In this document: piece after piece, positions 1 through 10,324 of the stretch
Layout of the letters: each line of letters starts with the position of its first letter
Numbering within the stretch: position 1 is the stretch's first letter
From: Candidatus Moraniibacteriota bacterium
GTDB lineage: Bacteria; Patescibacteriota; Minisyncoccia; Moranbacterales; UBA2206
Length of the DNA: 53,326 nucleotides
Assembly: GCA_013334765.1 (NCBI GenBank)
Contig: JAAXWW010000006.1
Coordinates: 1 to 53,326, forward strand
Direction of reading: 5' to 3'
Notes under the pieces: model-generated
What the model was told of the DNA's origin: nothing
Seen by the model: the letters and a program-made list of their open reading frames with translations, nothing else
The model's database searches: none
Position numbers and translations under genes: made by a program

Positions 1-1
1 G

Positions 2-616
2 ACGAGCACTGGGAGCAACGTGAGCGGGAGCGCGAGCAGCGGGGGAAGCACTTGCTGCAGATCATATGATTCATCGACAGGAAAATATACCTGCACCACC
101 AATCCGTCGGGAGGATGCAACGGGGAATCGAAGACTGGCGACTGTTCGCAGAACGCCTCTTTTTGCGAAGGGGCAACAAGCAGCTCGAGCAGCAGCTATT
201 CAACAGATCCTAATGCAGGAAAATGTCAAGAAGTAAAAAGCGGACCTTGCGAAGTCAATAATTTGAAACAGTATTTCGGAAATGGAGCGGCACAAGCTTC
301 AAGGATATGCAACAGGGAATCAGGGGGGAATCCTAATAATGCCAGCTCGACCGACAAGACAGCCGATGGCAAGACTTTTTCATGGGGACTCATGCAGATC
401 AATATTACTCAGCATAAAATCGGAGGATTAGACTGTCCAAGCGCATTCAATGGAAAAAACTATAAAGCTACTGTTATCAACCAGGGTCTTTATGACCAAT
501 GCGTAGCTGCCGCAAAGAATCCTACGACAAACCTGGAATACGCATCGAAACTTTCCAAAAACGGAACTGATTTCAGCCATTGGAAAGACAAGAATGGAAG
601 CACCTGCAGCAGTTAA
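2..616 (+). CDS. 5'-truncated Cys/Ser-rich protein with C-terminal soluble lytic transglycosylase (SLT) domain
   Basis: Frame is open from base 2; SLT motifs RESGGNP (catalytic Glu) and GLMQIN; Cys-rich segments and poly-Ser linkers upstream. Confidence 0.75.
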   Translation, partial: TSTGSNVSGSASSGGSTCCRSYDSSTGKYTCTTNPSGGCNGESKTGDCSQNASFCEGATSSSSSSYSTDPNAGKCQEVKSGPCEVNNLKQYFGNGAAQASRICNRESGGNPNNASSTDKTADGKTFSWGLMQINITQHKIGGLDCPSAFNGKNYKATVINQGLYDQCVAAAKNPTTNLEYASKLSKNGTDFSHWKDKNGSTCSS

Positions 617-631
617 TTTTATTTCATAACT

Positions 632-1204
632 ATGGAGAAAAAGAAAATCATCGCAGCTGTGTCATTATTAGTCACGCTTGTTATTCTCATTGTTATTGTT
701 TTGAGAAAACAACCATCTCAGACCGAAACAAGCACACCCAATACGCCTCGTTCCGCGTCATCTTCCTCTAGCAGCAAGACTGTCTCTTTCCCTATTTATA
801 ACTCCGAAAATCAAAAATATACGATATCGAAACTCCCGTCCAATCCTGACAAGTCATTAATAACAACTCCTCAGGGAAATCAAATAGAAATCAATAACCC
901 TAAAAAAATTGCGAAAGAAAAATTGGACGAGAAGGATTTAGTGCTAGAATCCAACGGCAATTATGATATCATGTATTTCAATTATTCCAAGGGTCCGTCA
1001 TTCCTAATAACCCTGTCCTCTCCGGATCTTGAATCTTCGAGAACAGCCGGAGAATCAAAACTTATCGACCTGCTCGGCATTTCAAAGGATCAAGCCTGCA
1101 AGCTCAATGTGTCGCTCACCGTTCCTCAGGATGTCAGCTCTCCGGCCGCGGGATATGACTATGGGCTCAGCTTCTGCCCGAATGGAAAACCTTTCCCCAA
1201 ATAG
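632..1204 (+). CDS. Hypothetical membrane-anchored protein
   Basis: 190 aa ORF; Lys-rich N-terminus, single hydrophobic helix, Ser/Thr linker, C-terminal Cys pair. Confidence 0.7.
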   Translation: MEKKKIIAAVSLLVTLVILIVIVLRKQPSQTETSTPNTPRSASSSSSSKTVSFPIYNSENQKYTISKLPSNPDKSLITTPQGNQIEINNPKKIAKEKLDEKDLVLESNGNYDIMYFNYSKGPSFLITLSSPDLESSRTAGESKLIDLLGISKDQACKLNVSLTVPQDVSSPAAGYDYGLSFCPNGKPFPK

Positions 1205-1268
1205 GATAGACAACCGGCACAAAGAAGGTTAGTATTATAAAAGAATCCTAACTTTCAAAAAACAAAAC

Positions 1269-2417
1269 ATGACTTGGATCAAAAAAACTTTCTATATCTC
1301 CCTCCTGGTTTTCGTTATCGCTCTTCTTTTTTGGGGAGTATACAACCTATCCTTCAAAAAAGCCTCCCCGCAACAGGAGACTGCCCGGGTTCCTGCGGGA
1401 AATCAGCAGCCCATAGCGCCGAAAAACAATACCGACGATCCTATCGCCGCCGTTTCGGATGAGGGAGTCATCGCTCCGACGCTCGTTCCTGCCGGAAATG
1501 CCATAAAGTATTATTCCGCTTCGACAGGGAAAGTTTTCCAGATAGACACCAACGGCAACAACAAGAAAGCCATCGCGGAAAAGGAGCTGATCGGCATTAT
1601 CGACGCCTTCTGGTCTCCGGACAAAACAAAGGTCATAACCAAATTCAAGGCTGCTGACGGCAACTTCAGATTCTATTTCTATGATTATGCCGCTGACAGG
1701 GCGACACCGCTCAAGGACAATATAGACCAGATCGCCTGGAACGGAAGCAGCAACAAGATCTTCTATAAATATTTCGACGCCAAGACCAAAAAAAGGACCC
1801 TCAGCATTTCCGAACCGGACGGAACAGGCTGGAGCGACCTGGCAGATATAGATTTCCGGGATATGTTCATTTCCCAGGTTCCCAGGAGCGGGCTGGTCTC
1901 ATTCTGGAACAAGCCGGATTCATATACCGCAACCAATCTCGATGTCATCGCGCTTGCCGGCGGCGATGTCAAAACCATCCTGAAAGATTTATATGGCGCC
2001 GACTATCTTTGGAACAACGAAGGGACCGACGCCTTGGTCAGTTATGTGACAGCAAAGGGCGGGAACAAGCTGCAGCTCGCGACCGTGAACTCAAGCGGGG
2101 GAGAGTTCATCAACCTCAACATCCCCACCTTCGCTTCCAAGTGCGTCTGGTCGAAGAATGACAAGGTCGTATATTATGCCTTGCCTGGGTCCATTCCTGA
2201 AAACGGCGTGATGCCGAATGATTATAACAGCGGCAAGTTCCAGACGACAGATACTTTCTGGAAAATAGACCTGACAACCGGAGAAAAAACCAGGATCGTC
2301 AGTCTCGACAAGATGGAAGGCGCCTATGACGCGACGGAAATGTTCCTCAATAACGATGAAAGCATCCTCTTTTTCGTGAATAAAACCGATGGGAAGCTGT
2401 ATCGTGTGCTGCTATAA
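1269..2417 (+). CDS. Membrane-anchored beta-propeller (TolB/WD40-like) protein
   Basis: N-terminal TM helix; recurring WSPD/WNG/WSK blade-like motifs. Confidence 0.65.
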   Translation: MTWIKKTFYISLLVFVIALLFWGVYNLSFKKASPQQETARVPAGNQQPIAPKNNTDDPIAAVSDEGVIAPTLVPAGNAIKYYSASTGKVFQIDTNGNNKKAIAEKELIGIIDAFWSPDKTKVITKFKAADGNFRFYFYDYAADRATPLKDNIDQIAWNGSSNKIFYKYFDAKTKKRTLSISEPDGTGWSDLADIDFRDMFISQVPRSGLVSFWNKPDSYTATNLDVIALAGGDVKTILKDLYGADYLWNNEGTDALVSYVTAKGGNKLQLATVNSSGGEFINLNIPTFASKCVWSKNDKVVYYALPGSIPENGVMPNDYNSGKFQTTDTFWKIDLTTGEKTRIVSLDKMEGAYDATEMFLNNDESILFFVNKTDGKLYRVLL

Positions 2418-2421
2418 GAAA

Positions 2422-3603
2422 TCAGACCGAAAATACGGCCAGCCAGAAAATGACCGCCAGGTCATTTTTCATATAGGTGTCCAAAAGTCCGACTAAAAGA
2501 ATATATGCCATTATTGCTAGGAAAGTCGCCACGGATTTATCCGTTTTTAAATCATTGAGAGCTTTTTTCGCCCAAAAAAAGACGATTCCCAAAAATCCGA
2601 CCAGTCCGATGACCCCGGCTGAAAGCCAAATGAAGAGAAAGAGATTGTGCGGATGAGGAACCGCCCATTCGAGATAGGGCGGGAAATATTTCTGATAAGC
2701 CAGATACTGCTCCTGGAAACTGTCCGGCCCAATGCCGAATGCCCATTTGTCATCAAGGATCCTGAAGGCCGCCTTCCAAATCATTATTCTCGAAGCCAGC
2801 GAAGAACGCCTGTCAAACTCGACAAGGCTTCTGAACTTATCCGCATTGGCTTGCAGCATGACAACGCCTGCAATGACAGCTATTCCTCCCGCCAGCCATT
2901 TTTTGGAATAATCTTTCTTTGTCCAAGCGACAACAGCCAGCAGGGGAACTGCTAGCGCCGCCCAGGAAGCATATGAAAAAGTCCTATAGATAACTGCGGC
3001 TATCATCAGGCAAGAGACCAGGAATATCGCTTTTTTAAAAAAAATCTTCTGGGCATTTTCCGGCGCGAAAATCTGCCTCGACATAAAAAATCCAATGATA
3101 ATTGCCGGAGATAGATACATCGCCAAATAATTAGGCGAATTGAAAATGGATTCCAATCTGCCGTCATATGTGACTCTTCCAGAAAAGAGATAGCCAAGCG
3201 AAATCGCGGCGACAAAGAAGGCTGACCAGTAGAGGCTCTCGAGCAGTTTGCCATACCCGTCCTTCCCTGTAACCGTTCTGGCTGCAAAAACGAAAGCGAA
3301 AGGAAGGATAAACCAGCCCTTGATTATTCCTAAATTGCCTCTAAGATCGGGATTTCCGATGGCTGCCAGAAAAAGACCGAGAAACATGAGGCCGGAAAAG
3401 AAAAGCAGCATCCTGTTCTCAAACATGAACGCTTCGGCCTTTTTCCGATTAGCTGCCGAAAAGAAAGATACTGCCAAAAAAACCAGCATGAGGCATTCGA
3501 GCACATTGGTCGGAATGCCGAAAACGCTCAGCCGCAGCAGATAACTCGGGAGAGCAAAAACGATAAGGATCGCCAGGCTTTCAAGATTGAGATATTTTTT
3601 CAT
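2422..3603 (-). CDS. O-antigen ligase/polymerase (Wzy_C) family membrane protein
   Basis: Polytopic; RL..F.SPNYLA, TFS, R..IW, GIG, HPHNLFL motifs. Confidence 0.85.
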   Translation of the reverse strand: MKKYLNLESLAILIVFALPSYLLRLSVFGIPTNVLECLMLVFLAVSFFSAANRKKAEAFMFENRMLLFFSGLMFLGLFLAAIGNPDLRGNLGIIKGWFILPFAFVFAARTVTGKDGYGKLLESLYWSAFFVAAISLGYLFSGRVTYDGRLESIFNSPNYLAMYLSPAIIIGFFMSRQIFAPENAQKIFFKKAIFLVSCLMIAAVIYRTFSYASWAALAVPLLAVVAWTKKDYSKKWLAGGIAVIAGVVMLQANADKFRSLVEFDRRSSLASRIMIWKAAFRILDDKWAFGIGPDSFQEQYLAYQKYFPPYLEWAVPHPHNLFLFIWLSAGVIGLVGFLGIVFFWAKKALNDLKTDKSVATFLAIMAYILLVGLLDTYMKNDLAVIFWLAVFSV

Positions 3604-4867
3604 TCTTTCTTAGGTTCGGATTATCGAAACTTGCTACGATCAGGAAAAGCGATAGCACGGCCGGCGAATAGATCGGCATCTCGACCAGGGAGTGCGTCGC
3701 AAAGATCAGGATGCTTATGAAGAAAAACAAATATATAGGCTCTTCCTTCGCTCTAAGCAAAAACGCATAGCCTAATGCTAATTCGAGCATTATCCAAATC
3801 AAAGAATTCAACACGCCTGTTTCAGTCGCGATATCCAGATATAGGCTGTGGGCATAAATCGGTTCCCGATAGCTGGCAGTCGGCTTTATTTCGAGCGGAT
3901 AGTTGCCTAAGCCGACACCGAAGAGCGGATGCTCGAGTATGACTTCGCCTGCCTCCTTCCATATTTTCAGCCTTCCCGCGTTCGATCCTTCATTTAGATC
4001 GAAACTCGAAATGAAGCGGCTCGATATCGGACCGGGTATTATCATGACCAGAAACAAGGCAACTGAAAGAAAGATCATCCCCAGCTTGTATCTCGAAGAT
4101 ATATTCCTCCAAAAAAGCGCTACAAGAGCGATTGCGGCAGCGACTAGGCCCAGATACCCTCCGCGAGAGAAAGTGAGCATGTCGGTCAAAATAAGAGCCG
4201 TGAGGATGATTGCATAGATTGTTTTCCTTGAATTCATGTATAATCCAAGCGCCATAGGAATCAGCATGCCCAAAAAGAAGGAAAACATGTGAGGATCAGG
4301 AAATGTCGCCGTTGCGCGAAGAAGCGTTTTCCCTGAAACATCGACCAGCCAGCTAGGATTCTGAAGCACCGCCTCGGAAAAAGCGCGCCCTAAGAAAAGC
4401 GGCGCCACGTTTTTCGCCCAGAATCCGTATACGCCATCGATTCCGATGACGAACTGCATGCTGAATTGGAAGATCCCCAGGATCGCAGCGAAGAATCCTC
4501 CCCAAACCAAGGCCTTGAGGATATTGTCCCGTCTTTCTTGACTTGTTATGATGTTTGTCGCTATAAAGTAAAGAGGAAAAACAGAAAAAAGAAAGAGTAG
4601 TTTCCTTGATGACCAATCAATGTTTCTCGCGAAAAACAGTGAGAAAGCATTGAGAAACAGAAAGCTCATTATGAGCAGCCCCGAAAGCGATCTGGGCAGA
4701 CGAATGTCCCTATTCCGAAGCCCCGCAATGATCCAAGCCGCAAAAAAGCCCAGGATAAGCACCCTGACAGAAGACAGGTCAACATCGTTCGCGGGACTGA
4801 GAGCGATTCCGAAAGGCAGATAGAAGCAGAATCCGACCAGTCCCAGAAAAAGGATCTTATTCTTCAT
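3581..4867 (-). CDS. O-antigen ligase/polymerase (Wzy_C) family membrane protein
   Basis: RATATFPDPH, TFSRGG, GRLKIW, HPLFGVGLGN, AHSLYL motifs. Confidence 0.88.
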   Translation of the reverse strand: MKNKILFLGLVGFCFYLPFGIALSPANDVDLSSVRVLILGFFAAWIIAGLRNRDIRLPRSLSGLLIMSFLFLNAFSLFFARNIDWSSRKLLFLFSVFPLYFIATNIITSQERRDNILKALVWGGFFAAILGIFQFSMQFVIGIDGVYGFWAKNVAPLFLGRAFSEAVLQNPSWLVDVSGKTLLRATATFPDPHMFSFFLGMLIPMALGLYMNSRKTIYAIILTALILTDMLTFSRGGYLGLVAAAIALVALFWRNISSRYKLGMIFLSVALFLVMIIPGPISSRFISSFDLNEGSNAGRLKIWKEAGEVILEHPLFGVGLGNYPLEIKPTASYREPIYAHSLYLDIATETGVLNSLIWIMLELALGYAFLLRAKEEPIYLFFFISILIFATHSLVEMPIYSPAVLSLFLIVASFDNPNLRKNEKISQS

Positions 4868-4928
4868 ATACTATATTTTCTAGCATTTATCGGATAAAAT
4901 AACAACATTCAGGCCTTTTATCAAAAAC

Positions 4929-5528
4929 ATGAAGAATATAAGCCAAGAGGAGATTATAGAAAAAATAAAATCGGGACAGATCGGCGTATTCCCGACTGAT
5001 ACCCTCTATGCCGTTTCCGGAAGCGCCTTCGCCAAGGAGGCTGTCCGAAAGATTTATGAAGTGAAAAAAAGGAGCCGGGTCAAATCTCTCATTATCCTTA
5101 TAGGCTCCATTAAGGATCTTGATCTTTTTAAGATTCATCCCTCCGAAAAAGAAAATGACATCTTGAAAAAAGTTTGGCCGGGAAAAGTCAGCGTTATCTT
5201 TTCCTTCAATGAGAAATCATATGATTATCTCCACTGTGGAACGGATTCTTTGGCTCTCCGGCTTCCTGATGATCCTTGGCTCAGATCTTTTCTCAAAAGA
5301 TCAGGTCCGATCGTTGCCCCAAGCGCTAATCTGGAAGGATTTCCTCCGGCTAAAACCATAGCGGAAGCGAGGGAGTATTTCAAAGAAAGCGTAGATTTTT
5401 ATTTCGATAAAGGGAAGCTGGACAGCAAGCCATCCACCATTATTTCGCTCAAAAACGACCGCGTAACGATATTAAGGGCGGGTGGAGAAGAAGAGGTGCG
5501 TCTTGCGAAAAGCCTTGAGCAATCCTGA
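4929..5528 (+). CDS. tsaC: L-threonylcarbamoyladenylate synthase (YrdC/Sua5 family)
   Basis: FPTDTLYA, IYEVKKR, WPG, ALRLP, APSAN, PSTII motifs. Confidence 0.92.
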   Translation: MKNISQEEIIEKIKSGQIGVFPTDTLYAVSGSAFAKEAVRKIYEVKKRSRVKSLIILIGSIKDLDLFKIHPSEKENDILKKVWPGKVSVIFSFNEKSYDYLHCGTDSLALRLPDDPWLRSFLKRSGPIVAPSANLEGFPPAKTIAEAREYFKESVDFYFDKGKLDSKPSTIISLKNDRVTILRAGGEEEVRLAKSLEQS

Positions 5529-6287
5529 TTCGACAGGATGCCGGTGCTTTTTGAAATAACGGTCTTGAGATCCATAGTAGTGCCTTTTCTGTGCCGATCC
5601 GGCTTCGTTTTCATAGCTTGCCCCGCCATGGTGAATGATTTCGAGTCCCGGATCGAAACGAACGGTCTTTCCGAAATCGCGCGCTCTTTTGCAGAGATCC
5701 GCGTCTTCGAAATACATGAAGAAATCCTCGTCGAATCCGCCTAATGATTCGAACAGGTTCTTTCGCATGATGAAAGCCGTTCCGGAAACCCACCCGACAG
5801 GAATCTTGCTTCCGCTCATCCAGATCTCTTTGTCCTTTATGAATCCGAGATTATTGGAAACGATCCGGCTGAAATTTATTTCGTCTCCAGCGCTCCATTC
5901 CTGAACCATGCCGTCCTTATTGAGAAGTTTTCCGCCCACTATGCCAAGCGACGGATCAGCGTGAAAATCATCCAATATCCCCCCTATATTTCCAGAAGAC
6001 ACCCGGGCGTCAGGATTAAGGAAAAATAGGAAATCGCCTTGCGAATTCCTTGCGCCCAGATTGCTTGCTGATCCGAAACCTTTGTTTTGTGATGATCTTA
6101 TTATCCTGATTGACGGAATGCTTTCTATAGTGCCGAGATTAGACTCCTGATCATTATCGACAATAACGATATCCGCGAGGATATCGTTATTTATTTTCTT
6201 CCGGACCGAGTCGACGCAATCGTGAAGATATTTCTCGCTCTTATAGTTGACGATGATAACCGAAAGAGTTTTTTTCAGAGTATTCAT
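5472..6287 (-). CDS. Glycosyltransferase family 2
   Basis: SVIIVNY, VDN, NKGFG, FLNPD, GGFDEDFFMYFEDADLC; 3' end overlaps tsaC by 57 bp. Confidence 0.9.
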   Translation of the reverse strand: MNTLKKTLSVIIVNYKSEKYLHDCVDSVRKKINNDILADIVIVDNDQESNLGTIESIPSIRIIRSSQNKGFGSASNLGARNSQGDFLFFLNPDARVSSGNIGGILDDFHADPSLGIVGGKLLNKDGMVQEWSAGDEINFSRIVSNNLGFIKDKEIWMSGSKIPVGWVSGTAFIMRKNLFESLGGFDEDFFMYFEDADLCKRARDFGKTVRFDPGLEIIHHGGASYENEAGSAQKRHYYGSQDRYFKKHRHPVESGLLKAFRKTHLFFSTRP

Positions 6288-6324
6288 GGGGATTATCGGA
6301 ACACAAGAATTTGAAAAGATTATA

Positions 6325-6478
6325 GGTTTTGCGTATTTGCATATTGAAACTAATCAATGGAGGCAAATCGACAAACTGTCGAACAGTAACAAGGCTTTAC
6401 CGCAAGTGGAGCCAGTCATACTGCCACTCCCAACTAACAGGCCGGAACATTAGTTTCAATATGCAAATACGCAAAACC
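6325..6478 (-). repeat. ~150 nt hairpin element, family A, copy 1
   Basis: Perfect 30 bp inverted arms 6325-6354/6449-6478; interior is the reverse complement of the interiors at 43862-44016 and 45440-45592. Confidence 0.9.
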
Positions 6479-6502
6479 GCCTTCGTATCAAAACCTAGGA
6501 TA

Positions 6503-7396
6503 CTAATTTGCCTTCTTCGCGCGAACATTGCTCTTGAAATCATCGTACGCTTTTTTGACAGAAAGGGATATGGCATCGCTTGCTTTTTTCCCGACATCCA
6601 TCCGGTTTTTCAGCTTGCGCATGATAGTATAGAAAAATATCCACGGGCGAAGATAGCATCTGGAATTCTTTTTGAAAAAGAAAAGCCCGGAAACGACCAG
6701 CCAATAGATCTTCGCTTCCAGGTTGTCTTCGCTTTTCTCGAAATGCCTGACTTTGGATAGAGGGGAAATAGCCAATTTGAATCCGGCCCGTTTTGCCCTC
6801 ACGCTGAAATCCACATCCTCCCAATAAAGGAAAAAGTCCTCATCCAGAAGTCCGGCTTTGGCGAAGACTTCGCGCCTAATGAGCATCGCGCAGCCGGAAA
6901 CGAAACCTGTTTCGAAAAACTCCTCCTTCAGCTTCTCCGGGGAAGCATCCTCATGCATCGTCCTCATCCGCATCCAATCTATTTTTCCTCCGGAAAACCA
7001 GACGTCGGAAGAATCGCCCCTAGTAATCACCGGGCTTATTATTCCTATGTCCTTGTGCTTCTCCATTATGCCGACAAGGACGGAAAGCATATTGCGTTCG
7101 ATTTCCGTATCGTTATTGAGAAGCAGGATATATTTAGCCTGTTTTTCCAAAGAATATTTGATTCCGACATTGTTTCCCGCTGAAAAACCTAGGTTGCCCT
7201 CGTTTTTGATGAAAGTGGCGCGAGCGAAATCGTTCTTGGCCTCTTCAAGCGATCCGTCTTTGGAATCGTTATCCACCACGACCGCCTCGAAATCAGGATA
7301 ATCCAGCCTGAAAAGGCTGGACAGGCATTTTTTCAAGACATCCTTGCCGTTATAGTTAAGGACTACGATATTTACCTTACATGATGGGTTCTTCAT
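6503..7396 (-). CDS. Glycosyltransferase family 2
   Basis: IVVLNYNG, VDNDSKDGS, NLGFSAGNN, LLNND, GLLDEDFFLYWEDVD. Confidence 0.9.
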   Translation of the reverse strand: MKNPSCKVNIVVLNYNGKDVLKKCLSSLFRLDYPDFEAVVVDNDSKDGSLEEAKNDFARATFIKNEGNLGFSAGNNVGIKYSLEKQAKYILLLNNDTEIERNMLSVLVGIMEKHKDIGIISPVITRGDSSDVWFSGGKIDWMRMRTMHEDASPEKLKEEFFETGFVSGCAMLIRREVFAKAGLLDEDFFLYWEDVDFSVRAKRAGFKLAISPLSKVRHFEKSEDNLEAKIYWLVVSGLFFFKKNSRCYLRPWIFFYTIMRKLKNRMDVGKKASDAISLSVKKAYDDFKSNVRAKKAN

Positions 7397-8822
7397 ATTC
7401 CTTGATGCCCTTTTTGGTGAATATGCTTGTTATTTCAGATGTTTCAACAGCCTTGGATATCCATATGGCGCCTGTATATACTGCCATGCCTATAAATCCG
7501 GCCACGAAGAAATTCATTCCTTTGAGCGCGAAAAGTGCCGCTCCCATAATAATACCCGAAAGGACTATCCTTGGAAACCTTTCCACATGCGGGCTGTATG
7601 CCAGGTATTTCGATGCCAAATACCAGCCCAGAAGGGAAACGAATGCCTCTGTCAGGAAAGATATCCAAGCGGCAGCATTATACGAATAGATCGGAATGAA
7701 GATAAGGTTGGAAGCCACGTTCAGCGCGGCGGCGGCGCCAAGGACATACATAAGCTTCTTCTGCATGTTTCCTGCGATCAGGACCGAGTTGAAGAAATTG
7801 GAGAAGAAGATCATCGATAGCGCGAGAACCAGGATCCTGAGCACATTGGCCGACTCGGCGAATCCTACGCCGCCGATAAGCCTTATGACGCCCTCCGAAA
7901 GGAACATCGTCCCGATGATAAGAGGAATGATCGCCAACACGAAAACCTTGAATGTCTTGTTGGAAATATCCTTGAATCTCTCTTTATTGGAGAAGACGTT
8001 CTGCGCCATTATAGGGAATATGAGGCCCATAATCATAGCCGGGAAAAAGGAGATGTTTTCCAATATCTTATATGCAGCATTATATATCCCGACCTCCACG
8101 TTGGTTTTGAGCATCGAGAGAAGGATGGTGTCCATCTTGAAATAAATGAAAACCACCACCGCGGCAATACCCACCGGATATGACGTCGCGAGGAACTTTT
8201 TCCAATAGGCGAAATCGAATCGGAAGCTCAGTTTCACGTATTTCCTTGACCACAGATATACTAAAACGAAATTCACCATTCCATTGAAGAGCAGCGAGGC
8301 GACGATCCATCCGAATCCGAGCGAAAACCTGACAGCTAGGATGACGACTAGCAGCTGAACCGCTTTCCCGACAAGCTCGGAGATAGCCACTTTGTCCATA
8401 ACCAGGTGTTTTTGGAAAACTCCGTTAAGGACCTGATAGCCGGAAGAGAACACGAATGACCCGGAAATGACGATTATTCCGAGCTTGACCGCGTCGGAAT
8501 ACGGGAAAAACAGTATCAGGATAGGGGAGAGAAGAAACACGACCAATGAGGAAAGCAGCCGGAGCGTGAAGATATTGCTCATTATCTCGCTTTCGTCCGC
8601 GCCTTCATGGGATATTTCCCTGGTCGAAAGCTGATTGAGACCGAGATCGGAAATGGCCGAGAATAAGGACAGGAAGGCAAGGACTGTCGCGTAGTCCCCG
8701 AATCCGTCCTTGCCAAGGCCTCTCGTTATGAATCCGACGGCCGCAAGCGCGAGGACAGTGGAAAGGACTTTCGAAACACTGCTGACAAGCACGTTATAGG
8801 CTATTTTTCTAGCAACGATCAT
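7377..8822 (-). CDS. Polysaccharide flippase (Wzx/MOP superfamily)
   Basis: 481 aa polytopic protein; R.LG..GFG.Y, DLGL, DTILLS, VGIYNAAYK motifs. Confidence 0.88.
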   Translation of the reverse strand: MIVARKIAYNVLVSSVSKVLSTVLALAAVGFITRGLGKDGFGDYATVLAFLSLFSAISDLGLNQLSTREISHEGADESEIMSNIFTLRLLSSLVVFLLSPILILFFPYSDAVKLGIIVISGSFVFSSGYQVLNGVFQKHLVMDKVAISELVGKAVQLLVVILAVRFSLGFGWIVASLLFNGMVNFVLVYLWSRKYVKLSFRFDFAYWKKFLATSYPVGIAAVVVFIYFKMDTILLSMLKTNVEVGIYNAAYKILENISFFPAMIMGLIFPIMAQNVFSNKERFKDISNKTFKVFVLAIIPLIIGTMFLSEGVIRLIGGVGFAESANVLRILVLALSMIFFSNFFNSVLIAGNMQKKLMYVLGAAAALNVASNLIFIPIYSYNAAAWISFLTEAFVSLLGWYLASKYLAYSPHVERFPRIVLSGIIMGAALFALKGMNFFVAGFIGMAVYTGAIWISKAVETSEITSIFTKKGIKEYEEPIM

Positions 8823-8892
8823 GGTTTTTGTGAATGCTGATTAGGAGGATAATCTTATGATATTATACGCCCTTAAGCAATATCTACCAAAT

Positions 8893-8920
8893 AAAAAATC
8901 CCAGGAATAACCCTGGGATT
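8893..8920 (-). terminator. Intrinsic terminator after jag
   Basis: AATCCCAGG/CCTGGGATT stem followed by a T-run on the minus strand. Confidence 0.65.
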
Positions 8921-8963
8921 GGCTATTGAAATTCGCCACACGACGATGAGCAGCTTCCTGACC

Positions 8964-9440
8964 CTATACCAGCTCGACAGGCTTTATGACTATCCGCCTG
9001 TCGTCTCCTTCTCCGATACTCTCCGTCTGGATCCTTTCATCCTTGGACATTTCCAGATGCACCACCCTTCTTTCATATGGAGTCATGGGACGCATCACGA
9101 CGGCCCTTTTCTCAGAAACAGCCTCATCTGCAAGATTCTTTGCCAGCTTGACTATCGACTCATTCTTTTCTTTCCGATAGGAATTGACGTCCAATATGAA
9201 GTTCACATTCTCATCGAAACGCTTCCTGACCATGACTCTTGCTATATGCTGTAGGGACTGCAGATTCACCCCGTATTGTCCGATAAGAAAGCTGGACTCT
9301 TCCGATCTTATATCGCAGATTACGGTCTCCTTTCCTTCCTCTTCAGATTCTTCGATTTCAACTTCCGAAGCAAAACCCATCCTTGAAAGAAGCCCTTCCA
9401 CTATTTCTTTTAATTCTTTGTTCCGTTCTTCTCTTTCCAT
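8964..9440 (-). CDS. jag: Jag/EloR RNA-binding protein (KH + R3H, lacking Jag_N)
   Basis: LIGQYG.NL..LQ KH motif; PMTPYERRVVH R3H motif; conserved position after yidC. Confidence 0.9.
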   Translation of the reverse strand: MEREERNKELKEIVEGLLSRMGFASEVEIEESEEEGKETVICDIRSEESSFLIGQYGVNLQSLQHIARVMVRKRFDENVNFILDVNSYRKEKNESIVKLAKNLADEAVSEKRAVVMRPMTPYERRVVHLEMSKDERIQTESIGEGDDRRIVIKPVELV

Positions 9441-9501
9441 TTGATTTACTTTGCGCTGATTTTCTGCTCGTTGGCAAAAAACGCGTTATATAAATAAATA
9501 A

Positions 9502-10284
9502 TTATCGGGAATCCTTCGCTTTCAGTTCTTCTCGTTGCAGGTATCCCTGCTGAACGATCATGAATAGGGTCGAAACCAGCCAATAAAGCGCCAGTCCGGA
9601 TGGGAACCTGAGACCGATAAGCAGTGTCATCACTGGCGCCAGATAAAGCATCTGCTGGGACATGGCCTGAGAAAAATCAGGATCTTTCTTGTCATTTTTG
9701 GCCTCTTTAGCCTCCTTGGCTTTCGTGCTTTTGGCCATAAGCATCTTAGTCTGAAAGAATTGCGCCGCTGCCGCGGCCACGACCAGTAACAGGCGAACAG
9801 CATTGGAAATGGAAAAATCATGGATATTTGCCGGCACTGACAGATCAAGAAATCCCAGGAACACATGCTTGACGACTCCCGGATTATAAATAAAGGGATA
9901 TATTCCTTCTGCAGCAGCCCCGTCTTTCGAAATATTGAACAGGACCCGATAGATAGCGATCAGGAAAACCAATTGCAGGATCATCGGCAGGCATCCTGAA
10001 AACGGATTGGCTTTGTTTTCCTTATAAAGCTCCATCATCGCCCGGCTTTGCTTTTCCTTGTCATTCTTGTATTTCTGCTGCACCTCCTTTATTTTCGGCT
10101 GCAGTTCCTGCATCTTCTTTTGGGATTCGATCTGTTTCCTGCTGAAAGGGATCAGAACGAATTTCACAAGAATCGTCACTATGATGATAGCTACGCCGAA
10201 ATCGTGCCCAGGAATGATGTTATAGATCAGGATGAGCAGGTTATAGATAGGTTGGTAGATAAGTTCGTTGAATAAGAAAGCCAT
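9502..10284 (-). CDS. yidC: Membrane protein insertase YidC/Oxa1
   Basis: G.AIII.TI, QPKIKE.Q.KYK, NPFSGCLP, PSGLALYW. Confidence 0.95.
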   Translation of the reverse strand: MAFLFNELIYQPIYNLLILIYNIIPGHDFGVAIIIVTILVKFVLIPFSRKQIESQKKMQELQPKIKEVQQKYKNDKEKQSRAMMELYKENKANPFSGCLPMILQLVFLIAIYRVLFNISKDGAAAEGIYPFIYNPGVVKHVFLGFLDLSVPANIHDFSISNAVRLLLVVAAAAAQFFQTKMLMAKSTKAKEAKEAKNDKKDPDFSQAMSQQMLYLAPVMTLLIGLRFPSGLALYWLVSTLFMIVQQGYLQREELKAKDSR

Positions 10285-10324
10285 TTTTTATTTTTTAATA
10301 TTTTGGGCGCGTGCTTTCGCCCTA

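Noticed and set aside
6325-6478. Family A elements as integron attC sites
   Set aside because: No RYYYAAC/GTTRRRY core ends, not arranged after tandem cassettes, no integron integrase.
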